Source: an uncultured Methanocellales archaeon
Lineage (GTDB): Archaea; Halobacteriota; UBA148; JAJOKI01
Length of the DNA: 38,068 nt
Direction: 5' to 3'
NCBI GenBank assembly: GCA_964412405.1
Contig: CAYPOB010000002.1
Coordinates: 1 to 38,068, forward strand
Shown here: positions 17,939 through 26,411 of the stretch, piece by piece
Layout: each line of letters begins with the position of its first letter
How positions within the stretch are numbered: the stretch's first letter is position 1
Program-made: the position numbers and the translations under genes
The notes under the pieces: model-generated
The model's input: only the letters and a program-made list of their open reading frames with translations
The model's database searches: none
Told to the model about the DNA's origin: nothing

Positions 17939-18739
17939 CTAGCGTCGTTCCTCTCTCATCAACTCATCATACCATTTCTCATGATGATGTTTTACGTACT
18001 CAAGGGATACTTTTGTCGTCAACAGCGCCCTGAGAAGTGGCCACGCTATCGGAAATATGCCGGCAGTTATTATGTGGATTATGATGAGGGGTATCAGAAG
18101 AACAGTTGCTATGCCGTGGAGCACGCTGGCCATAAAGATCACGTTGTGGGCAAATTCAATAGGTGTTATGATGCCGAGGAGCTGGACCTTGAATAACTTT
18201 ATTAAACCCGTGACGATGATCACGATAAACAATGCACAGAATATGGGATACTCCAATTTTGTTATAGGAAGCCATTTGCCTATATATGGTGGTTCTCTGA
18301 TGCCAATCTTTGCCAACACCTTTGCCAGAACATCTTTGATGCCCCTTGGCATATATAGCCCCTTGATCCCTATTATCGGCCCCGTTCCAAGAATGCCCAT
18401 CACCGTCGCTATTTCAGCTATGGCATCCTTGAAGTCGCTCATCGATGGCAAAACCGAGTCATGACCCATTATCCCATGATGTATCACATGAAAGACTCCC
18501 ACGCCAATGATGGCTGCTGCGCCAATATAGTGAAGCATTATCAGGGTGGGATCATTTAGATATCCCGCAAATATACCAGCAAGACTGGGGACGAATCCAT
18601 AGACTCCGCCGGCGAAAAGTAGAATCAGTCCAGTGATTATACATAAGAACGTGCCTATCGTTATAATCCAATGCTGGATTGGAACTACCATACTATATCG
18701 CTTGATCTCTCCCTTCTCAAAATCTATCTTTGACGCCAT
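17939..18739 (-). CDS. membrane dihaem cytochrome b-like protein (FdnI / NiFe-hydrogenase cytochrome b type)
   Basis: 266 aa with 5-6 helices. It has the N-terminal KRYS..PIQHWII motif and conserved His residues in helices (HYIG, HVIHHG, HNV, LHG). It lies directly downstream of the hexahaem gene. Ends in TAG. Confidence 0.6.
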   Translation of the reverse strand: MASKIDFEKGEIKRYSMVVPIQHWIITIGTFLCIITGLILLFAGGVYGFVPSLAGIFAGYLNDPTLIMLHYIGAAAIIGVGVFHVIHHGIMGHDSVLPSMSDFKDAIAEIATVMGILGTGPIIGIKGLYMPRGIKDVLAKVLAKIGIREPPYIGKWLPITKLEYPIFCALFIVIIVTGLIKLFKVQLLGIITPIEFAHNVIFMASVLHGIATVLLIPLIIIHIITAGIFPIAWPLLRALLTTKVSLEYVKHHHEKWYDELMREERR

Positions 18740-18795
18740 ATTTTGATCTCCCCTTTATATCTTCTTCTCCCCTCTCATCTAGGTTTTATCTATAT

Positions 18796-19215
18796 CTACT
18801 CCAATCGATGGGCACCACCGTGACATGCTACGCATGCGACTCCAGGGAAATGGGGAACACCATGACAAGCTTCACAGGTTCGAATATATGGATGTTTTTC
18901 TGCAGGATGACATGCCGTGCATGCCAGAGCTGTGTGTCCTCTACCATGCTCCGCCATAATCTTGGCCGGCCCTACGTGACAGGTAGCACACGCCCCCGCT
19001 CTGAGTGTTGCCTCTCTGCCAACATGACACACGGCACAGTCGTCACCTACAAACACGTGAGCGTCTAGCATGTCAATATGGCAGATGGTACAATCTCTGG
19101 TATCGATTGGTATAGCTCCTCCTAGACCAAATGGCAGATAGGTTATAAAACCGATTAAAAACGCTCCTAGAACAATTGCTATGTTTGCTTTTTTTGACAC
19201 GGCGCCCCTCTCCAT
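18796..19215 (-). CDS. membrane-anchored hexahaem c-type cytochrome
   Basis: 139 aa with one N-terminal hydrophobic anchor. Six CxxCH motifs (CTICH, CAVCH, CATCH, CTACH, CEACH, CVACH) lie within about 100 residues. Confidence 0.85.
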   Translation of the reverse strand: MERGAVSKKANIAIVLGAFLIGFITYLPFGLGGAIPIDTRDCTICHIDMLDAHVFVGDDCAVCHVGREATLRAGACATCHVGPAKIMAEHGRGHTALACTACHPAEKHPYIRTCEACHGVPHFPGVACVACHGGAHRLE

Positions 19216-19445
19216 TTCTACAATTTATATAAACATGTAGTAATGACGGATCGTCATCATAATACATATGTCAGAGCCATTGAGATCAGCTTATGTCTCC
19301 TTATCTATGCTATACGTCCTAATTGATTATATAATCTCACATATAAATCATTTTCGGTATGCTCTTACTTTACTAGCGAATCTGACTTAGACATGGATGA
19401 CAATTGGATTACAACACTTCGTTCGAAGCAACGATTTTTGACTTC

Positions 19446-20508
19446 CTACGGAATTTCAACAGCCTCCGAAACTCCTGCCTCTGCGAACGTGGTCATCTCT
19501 TTTAATATCTTTGTGCTCGCTTCCACTATGCTTATTCCCAATGCTGCGCCCGTCCCCTCTCCCAGCCGCATATTCAAATCCAGAAGTGGCTCCAGCCCCA
19601 TTCTTTCTAACATGACCCTGTGCCCCATCTCGACCGAATTGTGGGAGGCGATTATATACTGCTTTGCCAGAGGAGCGAGCTCTGTTGCAAGGAGGGCGCC
19701 AGCAGTGGAGATGAATCCATCTGTTATTACAGGTATCCTATGGGCTGCTGCACCCAAAACCACGCCAGCCAACCCGCCAATCTCAAAGCCCCCAACTTTT
19801 GCCAAGGACGTCCAATGGGTCATTTTTGTCTGGAGAGTTAATCTCCAGCGCCTTTTTAATTGCCCTTATCTTGGTCTCTAATGTAAAATCATCGATCCCC
19901 GTCCCTCTGCCAGTAACCTTCTCCACCTTTTCCCCTGTAATGGCGGCTATGATTGCGCTGCTTGGCGTAGTGTTTCCAATGCCCATGTCCCCTGTTCCCA
20001 CGACGTCCATGCCCTTCCTCAATTCCTCTTCAAAGACCTCTATCTCGGCTTCAATCGACCTAACCGCTTGTTCACGGCTCATAGCAGGACCCCTGGCAAT
20101 ATTATTCGTTCCATAGTCCACTTTTTTATTCATTAGCTCCTGATGCTCCACATCAGCAGCCACACCCATATCGACGACCACAACTCTAGCGCCTACATGT
20201 CTGGATAGAACATTTATTCCGGCGCCGCCGCGGATGAAATTATAAACCATCTGGGGGGTCACTTCCTGGGGGAAAGCGCTCACTCCCTCCTCCACAACCC
20301 CATGGTCGCCTACCATCGTTATGATAACTTTATCGCGTATTTCGGGCACGGGATTTCCCGTAATGCCGGCCACTTTGATCGACAGGTCCTCCAGTATTCC
20401 CAGACTTTCCCTGGGTTTGGTCAATATATCCTGCCTTTCCTTGGCAAGCTTCATTGCGTTTTTATCCAGCGGTTCTATTTGATCAATTGTCTCTCTGATT
20501 TTCTGCAT
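19446..20508 (-). pseudogene. cobT: nicotinate-nucleotide:dimethylbenzimidazole phosphoribosyltransferase, split by one frameshift
   Basis: ORFs 20508-19783 and 19823-19446 together give a full-length CobT. The first frame ends ...[12 protein letters not shown]. The second frame continues [13 protein letters not shown]...[10 protein letters not shown]...[10 protein letters not shown]. The shift lies within CTTGGCAAAA (plus-strand 19797-19806). Confidence 0.8.
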
Positions 20509-20531
20509 TCAGATTATCTCCCTTAACACTT

Positions 20532-21137
20532 CTACATACACTCCAACACAGTATATGCCGCTGCCCATGTGGCCAAGTCTGCCTCCACTCCTGTCTCACC
20601 TGTTCCGATGATCAGCACATCGCCTTTTTTCATTTTCATGTCCTCGCAGAGTACTCTCATACGGGACTGCATGTTTTCATCGGCGGCAATCATTGCAATC
20701 CTTGGACCACCTTCATCGAGTATGATGGTAGATGCGCCCATGGTGCCTGCTGCTATCGCCGCATCTCTCTGCTTCATCCCAGATTTGATCATGTTTGCAG
20801 TCCCCCTGATGAGGACCGCAGCGTTCGCTTTACCAATCGTTATGGGACCTGCCGCTATATGTGGCTTGTAAGAGACCTTCTTTTTGATATTCATCAGCAT
20901 TTTATCTCCTCTTTTGGTCAACTGGCATCCTTTGGCAGATGCGCTGACCAGCCCCAGACCGTACAGCTTCTCGATTAGGGTGCGTGCCGTCCCCTCACCC
21001 AGGGCAAGACGTTCTGCCAGCGCCCTTCTCCCTGTTGGACCATCACCGAGAATAAAGAATGCCATGATGCCATGATATGCTGAATAGTTGGGCAATGGAC
21101 CTTTTTTTGGTTTATTTATGGCATCCATCAACTCCAT
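20532..21137 (-). CDS. winged-HTH protein with a C-terminal domain resembling archaeal DUF4443
   Basis: 201 aa. The N-terminal GPTGRRALAERLALGEGTARTLIEKL looks like a wHTH. The family assignment is from memory only. It overlaps the btuD-like stop by 10 nt, so it appears to be in the operon. Confidence 0.45.
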   Translation of the reverse strand: MELMDAINKPKKGPLPNYSAYHGIMAFFILGDGPTGRRALAERLALGEGTARTLIEKLYGLGLVSASAKGCQLTKRGDKMLMNIKKKVSYKPHIAAGPITIGKANAAVLIRGTANMIKSGMKQRDAAIAAGTMGASTIILDEGGPRIAMIAADENMQSRMRVLCEDMKMKKGDVLIIGTGETGVEADLATWAAAYTVLECM

Positions 21138-22390
21138 ATCTTTTCACCTTGTTTTTCAATAATCGATAACACCTCGTCTGGATTTCTAACGACTATCGCA
21201 CCATTGTTTTTCAAGTCGATATAACGCTTCTTGGCCTTTCCATCTGTGAAATCCCTTTGCTCGATTGGGTCATCCTCAATGAGCAATAGTGGTTTGCTCT
21301 TCGAGGCGATGCTTGCCGCCTCCATATTTTTCAGGTTCCCATATCCGAATGGTATGTTCGTTAATATCACTGTATCGGCTTGGTCGATTAACTCAATATT
21401 GGCTTGGTGCGCTTCCTGCGTAATCGGGGAAAACGGGGCTTCGCTGATGGCGGAGATATTCAAATATCGAGCTGCTTCGTGGTCGGCATCAAGCACATTG
21501 ATCACTCCGGCAGTGACATGGTAACCATGTTCAGTGAGGCAATGCATTAGTTGCGCTCCGTACCCGCCTCCACATATCAGGTGGATGGTCATTCTTTGTG
21601 ATGCTGCAGGTCTCTCGTCAGGTAGCGGAATGATGTAGAGCGAGTTCGTCACTGGATGCCGTTTCACCAGCACGTTGGCATGATATACTTTTTTAATGTT
21701 CTCGGCGGTTAGGACCACCTCCGGTGATCCAAGGGAGGTGACTTTTCCATGGTCGAGCAATGCAAGGCGGTCGCAATATCGACTGGCAAGATTAAGGTCA
21801 TGAAAAACACTTATGACAATCAGCCCTTCTGTTCGGGTCAATCGTTTTATTATATCAAGTATCTCGATTTGATGATTGATATCAAGATGGGAGGTGGGCT
21901 CATCGAGCAATAGGATCCTCGGCTCCTGGGCAAGGGCTCTGGCGATTACGACTCGCTGCCTCTCCCCTCCACTTAACTCAGTGATGGGGCGCTCGGAAAG
22001 ATACCATGTATTGGTCAGCTCCATGGCTTTTCTGGCGACGGACATATCCCCTTCCCCTTCAAATTCAAATCTGCCCTGATGTGGTGTGCGTCCCATGAGC
22101 ACGATATCCAATGCCGTAAAGGCAAAATTAATCACGTTATCCTGAGGCACTACGGCGAGCTTTTTAGCTACATCTTTGCTTGATAGAGCATAAATATCTG
22201 TGTGATTTAAAAGAACCGTTCCCACTTTTGGCCTGAGAATTCTGCTGATACTTCTCAGCAAGGTCGATTTACCTGAGCCGTTTGGCCCTATCACGCCGAT
22301 GAAATCGCCGCTATCCGCCGAAAGGTCGACACTCTCCAGGACCTTAATGCTTCCATAGTAGCAATCGATATTGTCAATTTTTAGCGACAT
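21128..22390 (-). CDS. FepC/BtuD-type ABC ATPase fused to a ~165-aa C-terminal domain of unknown function
   Basis: Walker A GPNGSGKST, signature LSGGERQRVVIA, Walker B LLLDEPTSHLD within the first ~255 aa. An extra alpha/beta-looking domain follows (MTIHLICGGGYGAQL...). The ORF opens at GTG 22399; ATG 22390 (MSLKIDN) is the likelier start. Confidence 0.85.
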   Translation of the reverse strand: MSLKIDNIDCYYGSIKVLESVDLSADSGDFIGVIGPNGSGKSTLLRSISRILRPKVGTVLLNHTDIYALSSKDVAKKLAVVPQDNVINFAFTALDIVLMGRTPHQGRFEFEGEGDMSVARKAMELTNTWYLSERPITELSGGERQRVVIARALAQEPRILLLDEPTSHLDINHQIEILDIIKRLTRTEGLIVISVFHDLNLASRYCDRLALLDHGKVTSLGSPEVVLTAENIKKVYHANVLVKRHPVTNSLYIIPLPDERPAASQRMTIHLICGGGYGAQLMHCLTEHGYHVTAGVINVLDADHEAARYLNISAISEAPFSPITQEAHQANIELIDQADTVILTNIPFGYGNLKNMEAASIASKSKPLLLIEDDPIEQRDFTDGKAKKRYIDLKNNGAIVVRNPDEVLSIIEKQGEKIWS

Positions 22391-22399
22391 GCATCTCAC

Positions 22400-23449
22400 C
22401 TAGAACATCGGCCTCTTTCTGGTTCGCAGCAAGTAAACAAAGAAGGGGGCGCCAAAAAGTGCAGTTATTATGCCAACCGGCAGTTCTGTGGGGGTAATGA
22501 TGGTGCGTGCCAGTGTGTCTGCCCATATCAAAAAGATGCCGCCCACCAAAGCAGATGCAGGAAGGAGAATGCGGTGGTCAGGACCCGTCAAAATTCTCAC
22601 CATGTGGGGAATGATCAGCCCAACGAATCCGATTAATCCGCTGACGGATACTGCTACAGCGGTGACCAAAGAGGCGCAGATCAGCATGATTTTTTTGAGG
22701 GATTCCACCCCTATACCAAGATGCTGTGCCGGTTCTTCTCCCAATAACATCACGTTCAAATCCTTGGCAAAAAAGTATAGAATCATCATGCCTACGCAAA
22801 TCAAGGGAAGTGCCATTCGAACCTGCGCCCAATCAGAAACCCATAATCCGCCCATCATCCAGAATACGATTTGGTGCAGGTGCTCACCGGAAATATACAT
22901 CATAAACGATGTGATGGCGGATAAGAAGGAGCCTACAGCTATTCCTGCGAGTAATAACGTTTCTACCGGCACTTTCCCTCCGACCCTGGCGATATTGTAA
23001 ACTACAAAGGCCGCGGTGGTGGCTCCGAGAAATGCCATGAGTGGAATTGTATATATTCCAAAGATATAGGCTCCCAGCACTATAGCCAGAGTTGCTCCCA
23101 GTGCTGCGCCAGATGATATTCCTATTATAAAGGGGTCTGCCATGGGATTTTTGAACAACCCCTGCATTGTCGCACCTGCGATGGCAAGGGCTGCGCCTAC
23201 CAACATTCCCAAGATAATTCTGGGCAGGCGGATTTGAAAGATTATGGTCTCCTCGGCAGTAGACCAGGATGGGACGACCAGGTCGTTTATTATGGGCATT
23301 TCGCCGATGAACATATTTAAGACGATCGATGGATGTATTGGCACGGGTCCTATAGCGACAGTTAGCACGATGCTCAACGCTAAAATCAGCAATAGGCAAG
23401 CTATAATCAACTTCCACCGGAGGATTTTTTCAAGATGATTTTTATACAA
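22400..23449 (-). CDS. FecCD/BtuC-type ABC permease
   Basis: 349 aa, about 9-10 helices, with typical FecCD motifs (RLPRI, [12 protein letters not shown]). The TTG start is as in the ORF track. Ends in TAG. Confidence 0.85.
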   Translation of the reverse strand: MYKNHLEKILRWKLIIACLLLILALSIVLTVAIGPVPIHPSIVLNMFIGEMPIINDLVVPSWSTAEETIIFQIRLPRIILGMLVGAALAIAGATMQGLFKNPMADPFIIGISSGAALGATLAIVLGAYIFGIYTIPLMAFLGATTAAFVVYNIARVGGKVPVETLLLAGIAVGSFLSAITSFMMYISGEHLHQIVFWMMGGLWVSDWAQVRMALPLICVGMMILYFFAKDLNVMLLGEEPAQHLGIGVESLKKIMLICASLVTAVAVSVSGLIGFVGLIIPHMVRILTGPDHRILLPASALVGGIFLIWADTLARTIITPTELPVGIITALFGAPFFVYLLRTRKRPMF

Positions 23450-23729
23450 TCCCTACAACCTCGTACTTTAGGCTTCCATCACCATTTAAACAAAATACAT
23501 CATGCAGGTACTCCCTTGCTGCATTGACCGCCCTTTTGACCTCTTCTTTCGCAGGATGTCTCAAAGGAGTTCCTGGAACTGGAGTATAATATGCGTCGAA
23601 CGTATCCTATAATGGAATGCCTGAATTGATGTTAGCTATAAATCTGGCGAGTGTTCTAGATCTCATCGCAACCAGTGTAGTCTGGTATGATTTGGTCAAT
23701 ATACTCAGTTCGATGGTTATATCAGCCAT
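23442..23729 (-). CDS. small ORF with an in-frame TAG (40 codons, TAG, 54 codons), coupled to the permease start
   Basis: I translated it by hand. From ATG 23729 it reads MADITIELSILTKSYQTTLVAMRSRTLARFIANINSGIPL, then TAG (23609-23607), then [54 protein letters not shown], then TAA (23444-23442). I recognise no family. Confidence 0.35.
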
Positions 23730-23757
23730 CTTTATACAGGTTAGTGCTTATCCGCCA

Positions 23758-25392
23758 TCAAGTTTCTCTTCGTCTCAGCCGATATGCTACAGCCAGCAGT
23801 CCGAGGATTGCGAATATCGCTCCGAATCCTGGAATTGGTGGCTCTGGCTCAACTGGTGGCACAACGGGTGGTTCAACAGGCGGCTCAACAGGTGGTTCAA
23901 CTGGAGGCTCAACGGGTGGTTCAACTGGAGGCTCTACTGGTGGCTCTGGCTCAATTGGTGGAGGTGACACAGTACCATCCAACAACCTCTTTACCGTGAT
24001 ACTCCGCTCCACGCTATTCCCTGCAGCATCGGTCGCCACGACGGTAAACGTGTTGTACCCAATCGATAGTGAGACTTCCCTGCTGTAAGGGCCGACTGCA
24101 GGAGTTATTGGTGCTCCATTGAGTATGAGCGATTTCGGATCGGCATCTCTTACTATTCCGCGTATCATTGTCGATGTCGAAAATGTGGATGTCCCCTCTG
24201 AACTTGATATGGTTATGATTGGCGGTGTGGCACGGAGCACGTCATAAGTCTTTTCAAGCCCATATACAATTCTAGGTCCAGGACGCTCGATGATGTTTGG
24301 ATTTGCTACAGCATGAATATATCCATATCTATAGGCAGAGGTCTGCTGGATGATCGTATTATTCATTAAATTAGCTTTGATGATTTTCGATCCTCCACCC
24401 ATTCCAGAAGTTATTATGATCTCAGGATCGCCTATGAGGACCTTCTCTAAACTCATCACCCCCCACCCGTCAAGCTGTTCGGCGATGTTTATCCCGCCAG
24501 CTTTTTGAATTAAGTCATGGGCAAACGTTCCTGAACCCGCTACCCACAAGGGATCATGCCAAACCACATAAAGGACGCGTAATCTTTGTGCCTCAGTGTA
24601 ATGTGCTGTATTGGTTGTTATGACATCGATCCTCTGCGTCATATTCGTAATCAATGCGGTGGCGTTAGCCTCTTGTTTCGTTATGTTTCCGACCAATTCT
24701 ATGTTATCGAATATGTCAGGGATATTTTTTGGGTGTAATGCCACCACGGTGTGATTAAGATATATTAGCCTGTCAATCACAGTAATACAATTGCCATGAG
24801 CAGCCAGGATCAGATCTGGCACCAAATTAACAATTATTTCAACAGATGGATTAAAGAAGCCACCAACCTTTGCTATGCCTTCCGCCCCAGGTGGATAATC
24901 GCAGAAGTCTGTCACTCCAACGACTTTATCCCCAGCCCCGACCGCAAAAAGAATCTCAGTGTTGCTGGGCGCCAGAGAGACGATCCTATGCGGTTGTTTA
25001 GATATCCTCCAAGTGTTTCCAAGGTCATCTATAACTATCAATTCTACGGTGACATTCCAAGTAACTATCTGCGTTGTTCCATTTTTGTTGGAGCCAAAAA
25101 CGGTGACGTTATACGTTCCATATAATGGAAATGCATGCTCAAAACTGCTTGCGTTGTTATTTTGGTCAATATCATCTAATTTCCAAGTCCATGTTGTTAT
25201 CGTCTCGTTGGCAGTGACATTGAAGCTAACAGTTTCCCCCGTTGGGATTGTTATACTCGTCGAACTATCATTCGTATTGGTGTTACTCCATGATGTTATC
25301 ACAGGACTTGCGCTTACTAAACCAATACTACATATGAGCAATATGCTCGCAATGAGAAATATCGTAATCTTTCGAGCCATTTTTATAGACAT
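23758..25392 (-). CDS. BtuF/FhuD-type (cluster A) substrate-binding protein with extra Ig/PKD-like domains, a Pro-rich linker and a PGF-CTERM anchor
   Basis: 544 aa. Domains in order: signal peptide; beta-rich Asn/Thr domain (aa ~30-120); periplasmic-binding core (RIVSLAPSNTEILFAVG...PEIIITSG...); second beta domain; (PPVE)n linker; terminal PGFGAIFAILGLLAVAYRLRRRET. Confidence 0.8.
   Translation of the reverse strand: MSIKMARKITIFLIASILLICSIGLVSASPVITSWSNTNTNDSSTSITIPTGETVSFNVTANETITTWTWKLDDIDQNNNASSFEHAFPLYGTYNVTVFGSNKNGTTQIVTWNVTVELIVIDDLGNTWRISKQPHRIVSLAPSNTEILFAVGAGDKVVGVTDFCDYPPGAEGIAKVGGFFNPSVEIIVNLVPDLILAAHGNCITVIDRLIYLNHTVVALHPKNIPDIFDNIELVGNITKQEANATALITNMTQRIDVITTNTAHYTEAQRLRVLYVVWHDPLWVAGSGTFAHDLIQKAGGINIAEQLDGWGVMSLEKVLIGDPEIIITSGMGGGSKIIKANLMNNTIIQQTSAYRYGYIHAVANPNIIERPGPRIVYGLEKTYDVLRATPPIITISSSEGTSTFSTSTMIRGIVRDADPKSLILNGAPITPAVGPYSREVSLSIGYNTFTVVATDAAGNSVERSITVKRLLDGTVSPPPIEPEPPVEPPVEPPVEPPVEPPVEPPVEPPVVPPVEPEPPIPGFGAIFAILGLLAVAYRLRRRET
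23833..23967 (-). repeat. 12-nt tandem coding repeat encoding (PPVE)n
   Basis: The protein reads SPPPIEPEPPVEPPVEPPVEPPVEPPVEPPVEPPVVPPVEPEPPI. The plus strand shows GGTGGTTCAAC/GGAGGCTCAAC periodicity. Confidence 0.9.
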
Positions 25393-25412
25393 CCCATATC
25401 CTCCTTCTTATT

Positions 25413-25491
25413 TGGTTAAGCTAACTACCAAGTTGGATATGTTAACCATCTTCATGGTTAAGTTAACCATATTTATATAGCTTGTGGTTAC
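25413..25491. promoter_or_regulatory. cluster of TGGTTAA/TTAACCA half-sites, including a 17-bp perfect palindrome abutting a TATA box
   Basis: The palindrome ATGGTTAA-G-TTAACCAT lies at 25454-25470, immediately followed by ATTTATATAG (25471-25480). Extra half-sites are TGGTTAAG at 25413-25420, GTTAACCAT at 25441-25449 and TGGTTA at 25485-25490. Spacings are 21, 30 and 42 nt. Confidence 0.55.
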
Positions 25492-25505
25492 AAATTATCC
25501 TTTTG

Positions 25506-26411
25506 ATGCCAGCGATCGCGATCCATGGAACCACCTCTAATGCAGGAAAAACGATTATAGTGACTGCTCTCTGCAGAATATTTGCTGACAAAGGATACAG
25601 CGTGGTCCCCTTCAAGGCGCAAAACATGTCGCTGAACTCGGACGTCACCAAAGACGGTGATGAGATCGCCATGGCACAAGCATTGCAGGCACGTGCTGCT
25701 AGGATTGAGCCCACTGCTGAGATGAATCCGATATTATTGAAACCAAAAGCAGATCATATCTCCCATGTGATGGTTCAGGGCAAACCTTATACTGACATGA
25801 ACGTTGGCGAATATCATGATTTTATCGAAAGACGGGGGCGTATGATAGTCAAAACCTCTCTTGAACATCTGTTATCGGAATATGATTTAGTCATCATGGA
25901 GGGGGCGGGCAGTCCTGCGGAAATCAATATCATGCATCGGGATATCGTGAACATATATCCTGCTAGATTGGCTGGGGCAAAATGCATACTTGTTCATAAT
26001 ATCGAGCATGGAGGATTACTTGCATATCTCTCTGGCACGCTGAGTCTCGTGGGGAACGAGAGCGAATTGTACGGCGGCATCATAATCAATAAATCTCGTG
26101 GAGCATTTGACACAAGTGGACTTGAAAGTGTTATTGAAAAACCAGTTCTCGGCGTAGTTCCATATATCGAAGGTTTAAATCTGCCAGAGGAGGATTCATT
26201 AAGCCTGAAAAATCACGATGGTCGTTTTGATGGACGCATATTCGGAACATGCGTTCACGGATTCGACTCACCATCACTGCGAAAAGCAATATTACAAGCC
26301 ATGAAAAGACCCTCTAAAACAATTGAGCGAGGACTTGATGATGAGATCGATAGGCTGGCTAACATCGTTTCTGCGAGCGTGGATATTGAGAGAGTGGGGG
26401 CATGGATATGA
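25506..26411 (+). CDS. cobyric acid synthase (CbiP/CobQ) homologue lacking the glutamine amidotransferase core
   Basis: The N-terminal synthetase domain is present (HGTTSNAGKT, PFKAQNMSLNS, EGAGSPAEIN), but it has NIEHGG and NKSRGA where the family has DI.RGG and NKFRGD. After PEEDSLSL the sequence jumps to ..DGRIFGTCVHGFDSPSLRKAIL, the family's C-terminal tail. About 190 aa are missing, including the Cys/His GATase residues. Confidence 0.65.
   Translation: MPAIAIHGTTSNAGKTIIVTALCRIFADKGYSVVPFKAQNMSLNSDVTKDGDEIAMAQALQARAARIEPTAEMNPILLKPKADHISHVMVQGKPYTDMNVGEYHDFIERRGRMIVKTSLEHLLSEYDLVIMEGAGSPAEINIMHRDIVNIYPARLAGAKCILVHNIEHGGLLAYLSGTLSLVGNESELYGGIIINKSRGAFDTSGLESVIEKPVLGVVPYIEGLNLPEEDSLSLKNHDGRFDGRIFGTCVHGFDSPSLRKAILQAMKRPSKTIERGLDDEIDRLANIVSASVDIERVGAWI

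Noticed and set aside
23833-23967. The short-period tandem repeat as a possible CRISPR or satellite.
   Set aside because: It has a 12-nt period with no spacers and lies entirely within a coding Pro-rich linker, so it is not CRISPR-like. No CRISPR array, cas gene, transposase or integrase was seen anywhere in the window.
23617-24088. Plus-strand ORFs encoding Gly/Ser-rich repeats (GGSTGGSTGG..., WFNWRLNG...).
   Set aside because: They are antisense or alternative-frame shadows of the (PPVE)n tandem repeat in the binding-protein gene, which has a coherent domain structure on the minus strand.
25393-25505. A cobalamin riboswitch upstream of btuF or cbiP.
   Set aside because: The region is too short and AT-rich, and no B12-box-like conserved core was recognisable. 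The palindrome cluster is the more defensible regulatory signal.
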